DNA of 64,000 nucleotides from positions 22,635 through 86,634 of the forward strand of contig CAWBSN010000026.1 of the NCBI GenBank assembly GCA_963791445.1, in the 5' to 3' direction. Source of the stretch: an uncultured Acidobacteriaceae bacterium (GTDB taxonomy: Bacteria; Acidobacteriota; Terriglobia; Terriglobales; Acidobacteriaceae). This document shows positions 1 to 10,299 of this stretch, in pieces (within the stretch, counting starts at the first letter, position 1; the number at the start of each line of letters is the position of its first letter). A program made the translations under genes and the position numbers. The notes beneath the pieces are model-generated. The model made no database searches, had not been told where the DNA came from, and saw nothing but the letters and a program-made list of their open reading frames with translations.

Positions 1-1
1 C

Positions 2-205
2 GAAATGGAGTTGAGTCCGCTGAACGGTCCTGAGTTGATTTATCCCGGCGGACGGGAGAATCTGCCGCCGCACGCGAATTTGCACTATCCGATGGTTGAG
101 AACTTTGTCGATGCGGTGCTTGGCAAGGCTCCACTGGTGGCTAGCGGAGCTTCTTCCTTCTGGACGGACTGGGTCACAGAGCGAGCGCGGAAGGGCAAAC
201 AGTAG
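2..205 (+). CDS. C-terminal fragment of an oxidoreductase-like protein (5' end outside the window)
   Basis: ORF is open to the left window edge. The tail ...ENFVDAVLGKAPLVASGASSFWTDWV... weakly resembles Gfo/Idh/MocA-type C-termini. Confidence 0.35.
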   Translation, partial: EMELSPLNGPELIYPGGRENLPPHANLHYPMVENFVDAVLGKAPLVASGASSFWTDWVTERARKGKQ

Positions 206-214
206 AAAGTCACT

Positions 215-243
215 CCTTCAGCGGCTAAAGCCGCGCCCTTCCC
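215..243 (-). repeat. Small GC hairpin repeat (GCGGC-TAAA-GCCGC)
   Basis: CCTTCAGCGGCTAAAGCCGCGCCCTTCCC. Its reverse complement resembles the GGAAGAGCGGCGCTTTCAGCGCCGCGTAAGG unit at 63546-63577. Confidence 0.5.
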
Positions 244-267
244 GAACTATATAGCGGCAGCTCTTGC

Positions 268-1566
268 TCACTTTCCGTATTCGTTCCGCACGACCTCGCC
301 GCCCTTCATCACGAACTTCACTCGCTCCAGCGTGGTCACATCTTTCAGAGGATCGCCATCGACCGCGACAATATCGGCCCACGCGCCGGGATCAAGGCTG
401 CCGACTTTTCCTGGCCATCCCAGCAGATCCGCGGCATTGATCGTGGCGGCCTGAATGGCCTGCAGCGGCGTCAACCCCAGCTTGACCATCACAGCGAACT
501 CATGCGCGTTCAGTCCATGAGGATAAACGGCTGCGTCGGTGCCGAACGCCACCTTCACTCCGCTGGCAAAGGCGTGGGCAATGTTTTTGCGTGCGACCGG
601 CATGACGGCCTTTGCTTTGGCCAGATAAAACTCGGGCACATGATTTCTCTCGGCATTTTCCAGGAACCAGTCGCCCAGATAAAGCGTGGGCACTAGATAG
701 GTGCCGTTCTTTTTCATCTCGGCGATGTCCGCGTCGTCAATGTAGGAGCCGTGCTCGATCGAATCCACTCCCGCCTCGGACGCCCAAAGAATGGCCTGCG
801 CTCCATGGGCGTGGGCAGCGACTTTGCGACCCAAGCGGTGGGACTCGGCTACAATGGCCTTCATTTCTTCCAGCGTGTACTGCGACGCCTGCGGATCGTC
901 TCCCTTCGAGAGCACCCCGCCCGAGGCCATGAACTTGATCAAGTCCGCGCCATACTTGATGTTCTGCCGAACCATGTGACGGACGCCTTCCACGCCATCG
1001 GCCACGCCGTCAGAGGTCGCGTGATATTCGAACGGCAGCAGGTTATTGTCGGCATGTCCGCCGGTGATGCTGAGCGGCGGCCCGCTCACCAGCATTCTTG
1101 GCCCGGGGACGTCGCCGGCATTGATGGCGTCGCGCAACGCGACATCGCTGAAGCCGGACGCGCCCACATTGCGGACGGTGGTGAATCCCGCTTGGAGCGT
1201 GACCCGCGCGTTCTTGGCGCCGGTCAACGTTTCTCGCGGTATGGAAACGCCGAGTTCCTCATAGCCGAACTTGGGATCCATCGTCAGATGCGTATGGGCG
1301 TCGATTAATCCAGGAAGGATGGTTGCGTTGGGCAGTTCGATGCGAACGGCATCCGCGGGCGCCTTCGCGTCCCCGGATCCTCCCACGCTCACGATTTTTC
1401 CATCCTCGATAACGACCGTCTGATCGGAAAGTAGCTTGCCGGTCTTTACGTCGAGCACGTGCCCGGCGTGGATAACGACGCTTTTGGAGCTTTGCTGGGC
1501 AATGGCCTGTCCAGCGAACAGAAGCAACGCTACGGCCAGCAGCGGGGAACAGTGAAGTTTCTTCAC
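268..1566 (-). CDS. Secreted metal-dependent amidohydrolase family protein
   Basis: GTG at 1566 is preceded by GAGGAG. Signal peptide VKKLHCSPLLAVALLLFAGQAIAQQ. Motifs GLIDAHTH, AHAHG and FGTDA are typical of the amidohydrolase superfamily. Confidence 0.85.
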   Translation of the reverse strand: MKKLHCSPLLAVALLLFAGQAIAQQSSKSVVIHAGHVLDVKTGKLLSDQTVVIEDGKIVSVGGSGDAKAPADAVRIELPNATILPGLIDAHTHLTMDPKFGYEELGVSIPRETLTGAKNARVTLQAGFTTVRNVGASGFSDVALRDAINAGDVPGPRMLVSGPPLSITGGHADNNLLPFEYHATSDGVADGVEGVRHMVRQNIKYGADLIKFMASGGVLSKGDDPQASQYTLEEMKAIVAESHRLGRKVAAHAHGAQAILWASEAGVDSIEHGSYIDDADIAEMKKNGTYLVPTLYLGDWFLENAERNHVPEFYLAKAKAVMPVARKNIAHAFASGVKVAFGTDAAVYPHGLNAHEFAVMVKLGLTPLQAIQAATINAADLLGWPGKVGSLDPGAWADIVAVDGDPLKDVTTLERVKFVMKGGEVVRNEYGK

Positions 1567-1734
1567 GGAGCATCTCCTCTTACTCAAGCGATTGAGTTGT
1601 GCAGCGATTGGACGCATGTATGACACGGGAATAGCAGAAAGAAAACCGCAGTGGTACACACCAGTGGAGTTTTTTACCACAGACGACGAGGGGTTCGCCA
1701 TTCGTTTTGAAATGACAGGCCGCGAAAGCTGGTG

Positions 1735-2178
1735 CTAGCCTCCCGGCCCGTCATTGGAGACATACTGCTCGAGCGACTCCAGTTCACGGCTGAGATCGTC
1801 GACGCGCCACTCCAGCAGGTTGCGGATGGAAAGAATTCCGAGCAGCTTGCCGTTGTCGTCGGCTACAGGGAGATGACGGAAGTGGCGCTCCAGCATGGTG
1901 GTAAGGGCCTCGCCCGCGCCGGTGCGGCGCGTTGCCATCTCTACCGGCGTAGTCATCAGTTCGCGGACCGAGGTGGTCTGCGGGTCAGTGCGGCTGAGCG
2001 CCATCTTGCGCAGAACGTCGCGCTCGGTGAAGATTCCGGCGACCCGGTATTCGGAATCGACCACGGCGACGGCTCCCACATGGTGGTCGAGCATTTTGTT
2101 GATGGCGTCGGCGACGGTGGCATCGAGCGGAACCGCCGCGATTTCCCGGTCGCAAAGTTCCAGTACGCTCATAAACAC
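1735..2178 (-). CDS. CBS domain-containing protein
   Basis: 147 aa with two CBS-like repeats (…HHVGAVAVVDSEYRVAGIFTERDVLRK… and …HFRHLPVADDNGKLLGILSIRNLL…). Confidence 0.85.
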   Translation of the reverse strand: MFMSVLELCDREIAAVPLDATVADAINKMLDHHVGAVAVVDSEYRVAGIFTERDVLRKMALSRTDPQTTSVRELMTTPVEMATRRTGAGEALTTMLERHFRHLPVADDNGKLLGILSIRNLLEWRVDDLSRELESLEQYVSNDGPGG

Positions 2179-2336
2179 CTCCTCCGGCTCTGCACAGCAA
2201 TTCCCTGAGCCGAATCCCGATCCAAGTCAGGGACCGGATTGATGAATTATGCTCGCGGCGATGCCGTTGTCAAGTGAATTGAAACGATTAGAGCAATCTT
2301 TAATTCACCAGGGTAAAAAGACGAGAAACTCATCCC

Positions 2337-3662
2337 TCACGGTTTCTCGCTCTTGAATACCTTGCCGTCTTTCATCACGAACTGCACGTTTTCCAGCACT
2401 TTGATGTCGGACAGAGGATCGCCGTTCACCGCAATGATGTCGGCAAACGCTCCCGGCGCAACCACGCCGATCTTGCCTTCCATTTCGAGCATGGCGGCGG
2501 CACGCGAGGTTGCGCTTTGGATGGCGTCCATCGGCTGCATGCCCAGCTCCACCATGCGCGGGAACTCCTGCGCGATGGGCTCGGTCCAGGGAATTCCGCC
2601 CATGTCGGTGCCGAAGACAATCTTCACCCCGGCTTTCAGCGCCTTCTTGAACGACTGCTCGTGCACCGAAGCGCGCAGCCGGTCGCGCTGTCCAGCTGGC
2701 GTGTCCGCCGGGGCCCAGTCGCCGTAATAGACGCTGATCGTCGGCACATACCAGGTGCCTTGCTTCAGCATCTGGGCAATCGCGGCATCGTCCAGATCAA
2801 GGCCATGTTCGATGGAGTCGCATCCGCCGTCGAGCGCCCGGCGCAGGCCGATGCCGCCATAGACGTGGCAGGCGACTTTCTTGCCCCAGCCGTGAGTTTC
2901 GTCCACGACCGCCCGCAACTCTTCGAGCGTCAGCGTGGGCTGGGAGACCAGTTCGCCGTTCTTGCCCACCCACGAACGATGCGTCATGTAAACCTTGATC
3001 CAGTCAGCGCCATGATCGAGTTGCTCCCGCGCCGCCTTACGCGCCTCGACTGGGCCGTCGACAATCTGCGCGCCTTTGGGCATGTCGAGTTCCGGAGCGT
3101 AGCCCTCGAGCGGATATCCGCCCGTGGTCGAGATGGCGCGGGTCGCGACGAAGAGGCGCGGCCCCGGAATATAACCTTTTTCGATGGCCTCCTTGATGCC
3201 GACATCGCCATAGCCGGCGCCTTCGGTTTCTACATCGCGCAAGGTTGTGAAGCCTTGCTCGAGCGCCCGCCGCGCGGAAACCGTGGCTCGCGCCGCGCGC
3301 AGGGCGAGCGGGGCGTTCAGGATGTTCGCATCGTATCCTCCCTGCGCGGGATCTTCTCCCTGCAAAAAGATGTGGGTGTGGGAATCGATGAGGCCGGGCA
3401 GGAGCGTGGCTTTTGACAAGTCAATCACGGCCGCGCCTGAGGGAATCTTGGCGGTGGCCGCATCGCTGACACTCTCGATGCGATTGCCGTGAATGACAAT
3501 TACCTGGTCGCGCCGCGGCGCGGCGGACTTGCCGTCGATTAGAGATCCGGCACGAATGACTGTCCAGGAGTCGGACGCAGCATTGTCTTTCTGTTGCGCG
3601 GCCGCTGGAATCACGGCGGCAAGAAGCAGTACGCACCCATAGTTCCACACATAGTTCTTCAC
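2337..3662 (-). CDS. Secreted metal-dependent amidohydrolase family protein (paralogue of 268..1566)
   Basis: Signal peptide MKNYVWNYGCVLLLAAVIPAAAQQ. Motifs PGLIDSHTH, ACHVYG and FGTDMG. Confidence 0.85.
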   Translation of the reverse strand: MKNYVWNYGCVLLLAAVIPAAAQQKDNAASDSWTVIRAGSLIDGKSAAPRRDQVIVIHGNRIESVSDAATAKIPSGAAVIDLSKATLLPGLIDSHTHIFLQGEDPAQGGYDANILNAPLALRAARATVSARRALEQGFTTLRDVETEGAGYGDVGIKEAIEKGYIPGPRLFVATRAISTTGGYPLEGYAPELDMPKGAQIVDGPVEARKAAREQLDHGADWIKVYMTHRSWVGKNGELVSQPTLTLEELRAVVDETHGWGKKVACHVYGGIGLRRALDGGCDSIEHGLDLDDAAIAQMLKQGTWYVPTISVYYGDWAPADTPAGQRDRLRASVHEQSFKKALKAGVKIVFGTDMGGIPWTEPIAQEFPRMVELGMQPMDAIQSATSRAAAMLEMEGKIGVVAPGAFADIIAVNGDPLSDIKVLENVQFVMKDGKVFKSEKP

Positions 3663-3713
3663 GTTGGCATCTCCCGGTTGCCGCGTAGGCTTTGGGATGG
3701 GGGAATTCTACTC

Positions 3714-4106
3714 TCACTTCCCCGCGAAATAAGCATCGGCTTCGATTTCGACCAGCATCTCGGGCGAGATCAAAGCGCTCACCTGCACCATCGAGGTTGC
3801 GGGACGTATATCGCGGAAGAACTCTCCATGCGCCTTGCCGATTTTCTCCCACTCGGCGATGTTGGTCACAAACATGCGCGTGCGGACGACGTCCTTCATG
3901 CTGGCGCCGGCTTTCTGCAAGGCGCTTTCAATGTTCTTCAACGTCTGCACGGCCTGGGCGTAGGCGTCTCCCACGCCCACAACCTTGCCGTCAGGCCCGG
4001 TCGCGGTGGTTCCCGACACATGGATGTAGGATCCAACCTTCACTGCACGCGAGTAACCCACCACAGGTTCCCAGGGTGTGCCACTGGAGATGTTCATTCT
4101 TTCCAT
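3714..4106 (-). CDS. RidA/YjgF/UK114-family reactive-intermediate deaminase-like protein
   Basis: ATG at 4106 follows GGAGGG. The 130-aa sequence (…[19 protein letters not shown]…VRTRMFV…VEIEADAY) fits the YjgF/RidA fold. Confidence 0.8.
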   Translation of the reverse strand: MERMNISSGTPWEPVVGYSRAVKVGSYIHVSGTTATGPDGKVVGVGDAYAQAVQTLKNIESALQKAGASMKDVVRTRMFVTNIAEWEKIGKAHGEFFRDIRPATSMVQVSALISPEMLVEIEADAYFAGK

Positions 4107-4299
4107 TTGCGATTCCCTCCTACACGCAATTCTATTAGCGATCCAGCCGTTTGTGATTAGCAGCCAACACCTGCGTCTGCCAACAAAACACCCGCGCAAC
4201 CTGACAACGATTCGCACGCTTCCAATGATTACGAAAAAACGATAGGCGGGATAAACAAAAGTCACTTGCGTTTGTTTCGAGACTGGGATAACTAGTTAC

Positions 4300-4324
4300 T
4301 AACGAACATTTATTAACGAACATT
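4300..4324 (+). repeat. Tandem 14-bp-period direct repeat TAACGAACATT x2
   Basis: TAACGAACATT occurs at 4300-4310 and 4314-4324, followed by hairpin GAAAGCCG-N9-CGGCTTTC (4326-4350) just upstream of the RBS/ATG at 4367. Confidence 0.6.
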
Positions 4325-4366
4325 GGAAAGCCGTAAGCAACGCGGCTTTCAGGAGCCCAAAGAGGC

Positions 4367-4918
4367 ATGATTCCGGAATCTCATCCGCTGCGGCAGCTTT
4401 TCCAGGAATTGGTGGGACGGCACTATGCCCAGGAGATCGGCATTCGGGACCCACAAGTCGTTGCCTATGTCTCGCATCTGCTGACGGAGTTCTGCGAGAC
4501 CGATCAGCTGTTCAAGATTCATGACATCGCCGACCGTCCGGTGACCGACCTGGGCGAAATGCTGCTCGAGACCGATCCGGTCTACGGCCCCGCGCCCTCG
4601 TTTGACCGGGAGCGCCAGGTGCGCAAGCACATTGGAGACTATGCGTTGTTCTTCGCCGGGATGTTTCCCGAGAGCATCAACCACTTCCGGCTGCGCCGCC
4701 ATCGCCTGGAGAATTTTGTGGAGTGGATGAAGGCGGGAAAAGAAAGCTACTACATCGTCTCGAAGTTCGAGCACTTCGAATACGCCAAGGTGGCGCCGCT
4801 TTTCGCTCATCTTTCGCGCGAGTTCGAGGGCTGCGTTTACGGCCTCAACATGGTGAAGAACGACCTGCAGGAGATGCAGCACCCGATCGTGCGCGCCAGC
4901 AGCGATCTGATCATGTAG
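4367..4918 (+). CDS. Conserved-looking hypothetical protein
   Basis: 183-aa ORF with an AGGAG-type RBS and coding-like composition. No family recognised. Confidence 0.6.
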   Translation: MIPESHPLRQLFQELVGRHYAQEIGIRDPQVVAYVSHLLTEFCETDQLFKIHDIADRPVTDLGEMLLETDPVYGPAPSFDRERQVRKHIGDYALFFAGMFPESINHFRLRRHRLENFVEWMKAGKESYYIVSKFEHFEYAKVAPLFAHLSREFEGCVYGLNMVKNDLQEMQHPIVRASSDLIM

Positions 4919-4967
4919 TGTCGCCTAGCTAGTGTCGTCCAACCAGACTCCCGCCGCAGCATCACAC

Positions 4968-5558
4968 TCAAACACTCAAGTCCGGACGCCCGCCGATGCG
5001 ATAAAAGCTGAGAGCGGCGTTTCCTTGCACCAGCTTGCGGGTTCGCCGCAGCGATCCGAATTCATCGCCGGGATCAAACTTCTTTTCATGTTCCGCCACC
5101 ACCAGTGACATCGCCCACACTACCGATGAATCGGCGAGCGCCGTAAGCGTCTCTTCATAGGCGTGCTGCATACGATACGGCGGGTCGAGGAACACTACGT
5201 CGGCAGCGACATGCTGGCGCTGCAGGCGCCAGAGAATTCCGGAAAGATCATCCCGGAGGATTTTGTAGCCGGAAGCGATTCCCAGGCTCTGCAGGTTTTG
5301 CTCAATCAACTTTCGCCGCCGCGGCCGAGGTCTCCACGAAATAAACTTGCTTGGCGCCGCGGCTGATCGCTTCAATCCCCACCGCGCCCGTGCCGGCAAA
5401 CAGATCCAGCCCACACGCTGCCTTCGAGGGCCTGGGGATTGCCGGCGGTGAGAACGTTAAACAGAGTTTCGCGCAAGCGGTCGGAGGTGGGACGGATATC
5501 GGTACCGCGTCAACGACCGCAGAGGACGCCCCCGGTATTTGCCGGCGATCACGCGCAT
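4968..5558 (-). CDS. rsmD: 16S rRNA (guanine966-N2)-methyltransferase RsmD, interrupted by at least 3 frame changes
   Basis: The DPPY motif (VVFLDPPY) is in the 4968..5414 frame. MRVIAGKYRGRPLRSL, GTDIRPTSDRLRETLFNVL and LDLFAGTGAVGIEAISRGAKQVYFVETS lie in other frames. Breaks are near 5510, 5410 and 5320. Confidence 0.8.
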
Positions 5559-5652
5559 GGCTCTGTACTGTTAAGCTCTGTACCTTCGATTATTTGCCGC
5601 TTCCGGAGCCAATATATCCGACCATGTAAAATACTTGTAGTAGCCAGACCTC

Positions 5653-6777
5653 ATGCGAAGTTTCTCCATTCACGTCGGACGCCTGTTCGGAGTCGAGGTT
5701 CGGCTTCACCTGACGTTCCTGATCCTGCCGGTGTTCGTTTTCTGGACGGAATACAACAGCCATGGCTCAGCCAACGGACCGCGGGACCTGGCGCTGGTTG
5801 GAATCGTGCTGGCTTGCGTCGCGGCCCACGAAGTAGCGCACATGCTGATGGCCCGCCGTGCCGGACTGATTCCCAAGGCAGTGATTCTTCTGCCGCTCAG
5901 CGGTGTAACTGTTTTCGACGAATCGCGCACGGAACCTCAGCCGTCCGGTGAGGCGGTCTGGCAGCGGGATGTTCGCATCGCACTCACGGGTCCGCTGGTA
6001 AATCTTGTGTTCGCTGTGCTGGCGGCTGGCGTCATCTCGGTGACTGTTCCCGGAGCAAAGCTGTGGGAGTGGCCTTTCTTGCAGCCGAGCAACCTGCCGC
6101 GCAGCCTGGTATGGGCCAACCTTTATCTTGCTGGTCTGAATCTTCTGCCGGCTTATCCTCTCGATGGAGGCCGCGTCCTGCGCGCCTATTTCGCGCGCAC
6201 CATCGATCCCGCCGCTGCTACGCGCCGCGCTGTCTCCATCAGCCACGCCATCGCAATGGTTCTGATGGTGGCGGGTTTGTTCAGCAATGCCTGGCTCACT
6301 ATGGTGGGCGTGATTATCTTCTCGGCGGCGCAGCTCGAGGAACGCGCGGTCATCTTCCAATCGGTGCTGGACAATGTGCGTCTGGAAGAAGTCATGCTTA
6401 CCGATTTCGCCACTCTGTCACCGGCAGACACGCTCGAAGACGCGTTGGAGAAGGCAGTGCACTCCCTGCAGGATGACTTTCCTGTGGTGCGCGGCAGCGA
6501 CATGGTGGGAGTGATTTCGCGACAGCGCATTCTGGAAGCGCTACGCATGGAAGGCAACGGCTACGTCCAGGCCGTGATGAATAAGATCTTCGAAGTCTCG
6601 GTGCGGCAGGAGTCGCTGGCTACCGCCTTCCGCAAGCTCACGTCACGCAATCTCAGCATCATTCCCGTGGTCGAAGATCAGCGACTGGTGGGCATTGTCA
6701 CCTTGCAGAATCTGATGCATTCGATGGCTCTGTTGGCGGAGAGCCGAAAGCTGCGGCGGGACGAGTCGAACTCCTGA
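5653..6777 (+). CDS. Site-2 protease (M50) family metalloprotease with C-terminal CBS pair
   Basis: HEVAHMLMARR (HExxH), multiple TM segments, the LNLLPAYPLDGGR motif, then two CBS-like repeats. Confidence 0.85.
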   Translation: MRSFSIHVGRLFGVEVRLHLTFLILPVFVFWTEYNSHGSANGPRDLALVGIVLACVAAHEVAHMLMARRAGLIPKAVILLPLSGVTVFDESRTEPQPSGEAVWQRDVRIALTGPLVNLVFAVLAAGVISVTVPGAKLWEWPFLQPSNLPRSLVWANLYLAGLNLLPAYPLDGGRVLRAYFARTIDPAAATRRAVSISHAIAMVLMVAGLFSNAWLTMVGVIIFSAAQLEERAVIFQSVLDNVRLEEVMLTDFATLSPADTLEDALEKAVHSLQDDFPVVRGSDMVGVISRQRILEALRMEGNGYVQAVMNKIFEVSVRQESLATAFRKLTSRNLSIIPVVEDQRLVGIVTLQNLMHSMALLAESRKLRRDESNS

Positions 6778-6794
6778 GCATCCATAATTCTGAC

Positions 6795-8393
6795 TCAAAA
6801 CAGCCGCACCGCTTTCGCCTGCCGTACGGCAGGAATCTGCTCGAGCTTCCTCAAGACATCGTCTGGCACACGCCCGTCCACGTGGACAACAGCGATGGCC
6901 TCACGCGGCTCCGACGACGCCTCGGCGCTGCGCCTGCCCAGTGAAAAGTCCGCGATGTTGATCTCGCCCTCGCCGAGGATGGTGCCCACTTTCCCGATCA
7001 CTCCCGGGACGTCGCGATTGCGCAGGTAGATGAGGTTGCGCTCGAGCGGTGCCTCCACATCGATGCCATCAATGTGAATAAGGCGCGGCGCGGTTCCGTG
7101 CAGAACGGCGCCCTTGACCATGTGCTCTTCGGTGGAACTCTTCAGGAAGAGAGAAAGCACGCTGCCGGCGCCGCCGGTCGAGGCCTTCGCCTTATGCGCT
7201 TCATGAATGCGAAGTCCGCGAAGGTTGGCCAGGGACGCGGCATTCACAAGATTGGCTTTCTCCTCCAGCGCCTGGTTCAGGATGCCCTTGATCGCCCCGT
7301 TGCGAATCAGTTCCGTCTTCCACTCCGCGATGTGGCCGCTGTAGCGCAACGAGATTTCTTCGATCGAGCCTTCGGAAATTTGCGCCAGGAATGCTCCCAT
7401 GCGTTCAGCGAGAACGATGTAAGGCTGCATCTCTGCATACTCTTCGGCGGACACAGAAGGCACATTCACTGCATTCTGTATGACGCCGTGCTTCAGGTAT
7501 TCCCGCACCTGCTGCGCAATCTGCACTCCTACGGCCTCCTGCGCTTCGTACGTCTGCCCGCCAATGTGAGGCGTGAGAATCACATTCTCCATCGTCTGGA
7601 GTGGCGAACTCTTTAACGGCTCTTCATTGAAAACGTCGAGCGCCGCGGCGGCCACATAGCCTTCTTTCAGCGCCTGCACCAGATCAGCTTCCTGCACCAG
7701 TTCTCCGCGCGCGCAATTCACCAGGCGGACACCCTTTTTCATTTTCTTGAGCGAGGCCTCGTTGATCATGCCTGCAGTCTGCGGTGTGAGGCCGACATGC
7801 AGCGTGATGTAATCGGCCGCCGCATAAAGTTCATCCAGGCTGACCAGGCGGATGGCCTGCTCTTTGGCCACGCTGACGGAAACAAACGGATCATGACCGA
7901 CAATTTCCATTCCAAAGGCGCGCGCCCGCCGCGCGACTTCCATGCCGATGCGGCCGAGCCCGGCGATCCCCAGAGTTTTGCCCCGCAGCTCCGTGCCTTG
8001 CAGCGACTTCTTTTCCCACCGCCCGGCGTGCATGAGCGCGTCGGCGCGGCAGAGATGGCGCGCCATGGCGAGCATCATCCCGAGCGTCTGTTCCGCTACG
8101 GCCACGGCATTTGCCCCGGGCGTGTTCATCACCGCGATGCCTTGCCGCGTGGCCGCGTCCAGATCGATGTTGTCCACGCCCACGCCTGCCCGGCCGACCA
8201 CACGCAGCTTTTTCGCATGGGACAGCAGCGCTGCATCCGCCTGCACCGCCGAGCGCACAATCAGCGCGTCGGCCGACTCGAGATGGTCAGAAAGCTTACC
8301 GTCCAGTTGGTCTGCGGTAAGGATGGTCCAGCCCGGCTCTTTCAGTTGCTCGACCGCAGCGGCAGAGATTTTCTCGGCAATGACGATTTTCAA
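6795..8393 (-). CDS. serA: D-3-phosphoglycerate dehydrogenase (long form with ASB and ACT domains)
   Basis: 532 aa. Contains the NAD-binding GLGRIGMEVARRA motif, the 2-hydroxyacid dehydrogenase core and a C-terminal ACT-like region. Confidence 0.9.
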   Translation of the reverse strand: MKIVIAEKISAAAVEQLKEPGWTILTADQLDGKLSDHLESADALIVRSAVQADAALLSHAKKLRVVGRAGVGVDNIDLDAATRQGIAVMNTPGANAVAVAEQTLGMMLAMARHLCRADALMHAGRWEKKSLQGTELRGKTLGIAGLGRIGMEVARRARAFGMEIVGHDPFVSVSVAKEQAIRLVSLDELYAAADYITLHVGLTPQTAGMINEASLKKMKKGVRLVNCARGELVQEADLVQALKEGYVAAAALDVFNEEPLKSSPLQTMENVILTPHIGGQTYEAQEAVGVQIAQQVREYLKHGVIQNAVNVPSVSAEEYAEMQPYIVLAERMGAFLAQISEGSIEEISLRYSGHIAEWKTELIRNGAIKGILNQALEEKANLVNAASLANLRGLRIHEAHKAKASTGGAGSVLSLFLKSSTEEHMVKGAVLHGTAPRLIHIDGIDVEAPLERNLIYLRNRDVPGVIGKVGTILGEGEINIADFSLGRRSAEASSEPREAIAVVHVDGRVPDDVLRKLEQIPAVRQAKAVRLF

Positions 8394-8547
8394 GAGAGAA
8401 TTTATCCTTTTGGATTAAGACTTTTGCACCGACAAAACATTGACACGAAAATGACACCCTTCTGACACTACCGCCGCACCTGTCTCCTAGACTTTTTCTC
8501 AGTCGGGACCGATCCATCGTCGTCTATTGTCCCGCGGGAGAACAGTC

Positions 8548-8944
8548 ATGAAGATTGCGCAGACAGTATTTCTAGCCGGGCTTCTCGCCCTAAGCATGGC
8601 GTGCGGTTACAGCAAGCCGGCCACTACTCCACCAACGGCGGGAACTATGCCCACGATCACAGAGCTCGCTCCTCCTAACGTCACCCACGGCAGTCAGGCT
8701 TTCGTTTTGACGGTCAACGGTACCGACTTTAGCAGCACCGCGACCATCTATTGGAACGGCACGGCCGAGACAACCACCGTTGTGAGCCCGGGCACGCAGT
8801 TGACTGACCACGATCCCAGCAACGGACGTGGCTACTCCGGGTACGGCGACCGTGACGGTGACCAATCCTGGTACCGCCGGCGGCGTGTACGGCGGCGGCA
8901 CCTCGGCGGAAACGTCGGCCCCGATGACGTTCACCATCAACTAG
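8548..8944 (+). CDS. IPT/TIG-like lipoprotein, frame break near 8806
   Basis: ATG 8548 follows GGGAGA. Lipobox LSMAC. The C-terminal part TTIPATDVATPGTATVTVTNPGTAGGVYGGGTSAETSAPMTFTIN is read in the +1 frame from 8807 to the TAG at 8942-8944. Confidence 0.55.
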
Positions 8945-8987
8945 TCGCCCGCAAAGTCTGAGAGCGCTTCGCCGCGGGTCTCGCTCC

Positions 8988-10181
8988 TTAGACTCCGACC
9001 GGTTGATGTTTACCCGAGAGGCCGCGCGCGTACGCTTGTTGCGCCGCGCGCACCGCCGCTCCATACTCGACCGTTTTTGCGGTGCAGCGGGCCAGCACGT
9101 GCTCCAGCGCGCCCAGGATGCCAATCGTATCCAGGTAATCGTAGTAGCCGATGTGCGCGATGCGGAAGAGCTCGCCTTTCATCTCGCCCTGGCCATTCGC
9201 CACCACGGCATCGAACGACTCGCGGAATTCTTTGATGATCTTTCCGGAGTCAATCCCGTCGGGCGAGCGGACCGCGGTGAGCGCGGATGCAGGCGAGGTC
9301 GCGAAAAGCTTCAACCCCACTGCCTGAACGCCTGCCCGCGTCATCTCCGCGCAGAGTTCGGCATTGTCGACCAACGCTTCGCGTCCCTTGGCCAAGTCAC
9401 CCTTCCCCATTCCCCGGATAAACTCCAAGGCAGCTCCGAGCGCCGCAAATAACGACGTAGGCGGAGTGTAGGCGGATTCCCCTTTCGCCGCGGCCTTGCG
9501 TTCCTTGCGCAAATCGAAGTAGAACCGCGGAGAAGTCGTGGTCTCCATCCGCCGCCACGCCCGGTCGCTCACGGCGCAATAGGCCAAACCGGGAGGAATC
9601 ATCAAGGCCTTTTGCGACCCGCCGATAATTACGTCCACGCCCCAGCCATCCACGTCGAGATGGGTCGTGCCCAGGCCGGTGATCGCATCTACGACCAGCA
9701 GCGTATCGTCACCCGTGGCGCGCACGATCTTCGCAATACCCTGCACGTCATGCCGCGCGCCGGTCGAACTCTCCGTAGCCTGCACGAACACTGCGCGCAC
9801 GTCGGAAGTGAGCTTCGCTCGAATTTCATTCAGCGAAAACGTTTCGCCGTAAGGCGCACTCAGGACGTCTACATTGCAGCCAAACGCCTTGGTCAATCCC
9901 GTCCAGCGCTCGCCGAACTTTCCAGCCGTGAGCACCAAAACTTTGTCGCCCGGCGATGTCAGGTTCGAGACCGAGGCCTCCATCGCGCCCGTGCCCGAGG
10001 ATGCCAGAACAAGCACGTCATTCTGCGTGCCGATGAATTCCTTAATGTCCGCAAGCACGCGCTGGAACAGGCCGCGGAAGTCGGCGGTGCGGTGATGCGC
10101 CGTAAAGGAAGCCATGGCCGTTTGCGCCGCCGGCAGCAGCGGCGTCGGCCCGGGAGTAAAAAGACGGTTCTTGCGCAGCAT
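8988..10181 (-). CDS. Class V (serine/alanine-glyoxylate type) PLP-dependent aminotransferase
   Basis: 397 aa with the GGSQKALMIPPGL PLP-lysine region. Near serA, so plausibly the transaminase step of serine synthesis (inference). Confidence 0.85.
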   Translation of the reverse strand: MLRKNRLFTPGPTPLLPAAQTAMASFTAHHRTADFRGLFQRVLADIKEFIGTQNDVLVLASSGTGAMEASVSNLTSPGDKVLVLTAGKFGERWTGLTKAFGCNVDVLSAPYGETFSLNEIRAKLTSDVRAVFVQATESSTGARHDVQGIAKIVRATGDDTLLVVDAITGLGTTHLDVDGWGVDVIIGGSQKALMIPPGLAYCAVSDRAWRRMETTTSPRFYFDLRKERKAAAKGESAYTPPTSLFAALGAALEFIRGMGKGDLAKGREALVDNAELCAEMTRAGVQAVGLKLFATSPASALTAVRSPDGIDSGKIIKEFRESFDAVVANGQGEMKGELFRIAHIGYYDYLDTIGILGALEHVLARCTAKTVEYGAAVRAAQQAYARGLSGKHQPVGV

Positions 10182-10262
10182 TTCGATTGGGTCCTGAGGA
10201 TCCGAAAAATATGGTCCTCCAGTAGTCTATCGGAAACGCTGGCGTGTTCTGAAATACTGACG

Positions 10263-10290
10263 CCAGTGCCGTATCTGAAAACGGCACTGG
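10263..10290 (-). terminator. Perfect 10-bp hairpin downstream of the ABM gene (possible terminator or attenuator element)
   Basis: CCAGTGCCGT-ATCTGAAA-ACGGCACTGG. It overlaps alternative pairings at 10239-10266 and 10257-10303, and has no clean U-tract. Confidence 0.3.
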
Positions 10291-10299
10291 CGGATGGCG

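Noticed and set aside
6885-6900. The palindrome GTCCACGTGGAC as a possible parS site near the origin.
   Set aside because: It lies inside the serA coding sequence and differs from the TGTTNCACGTGAAACA consensus at several core positions.
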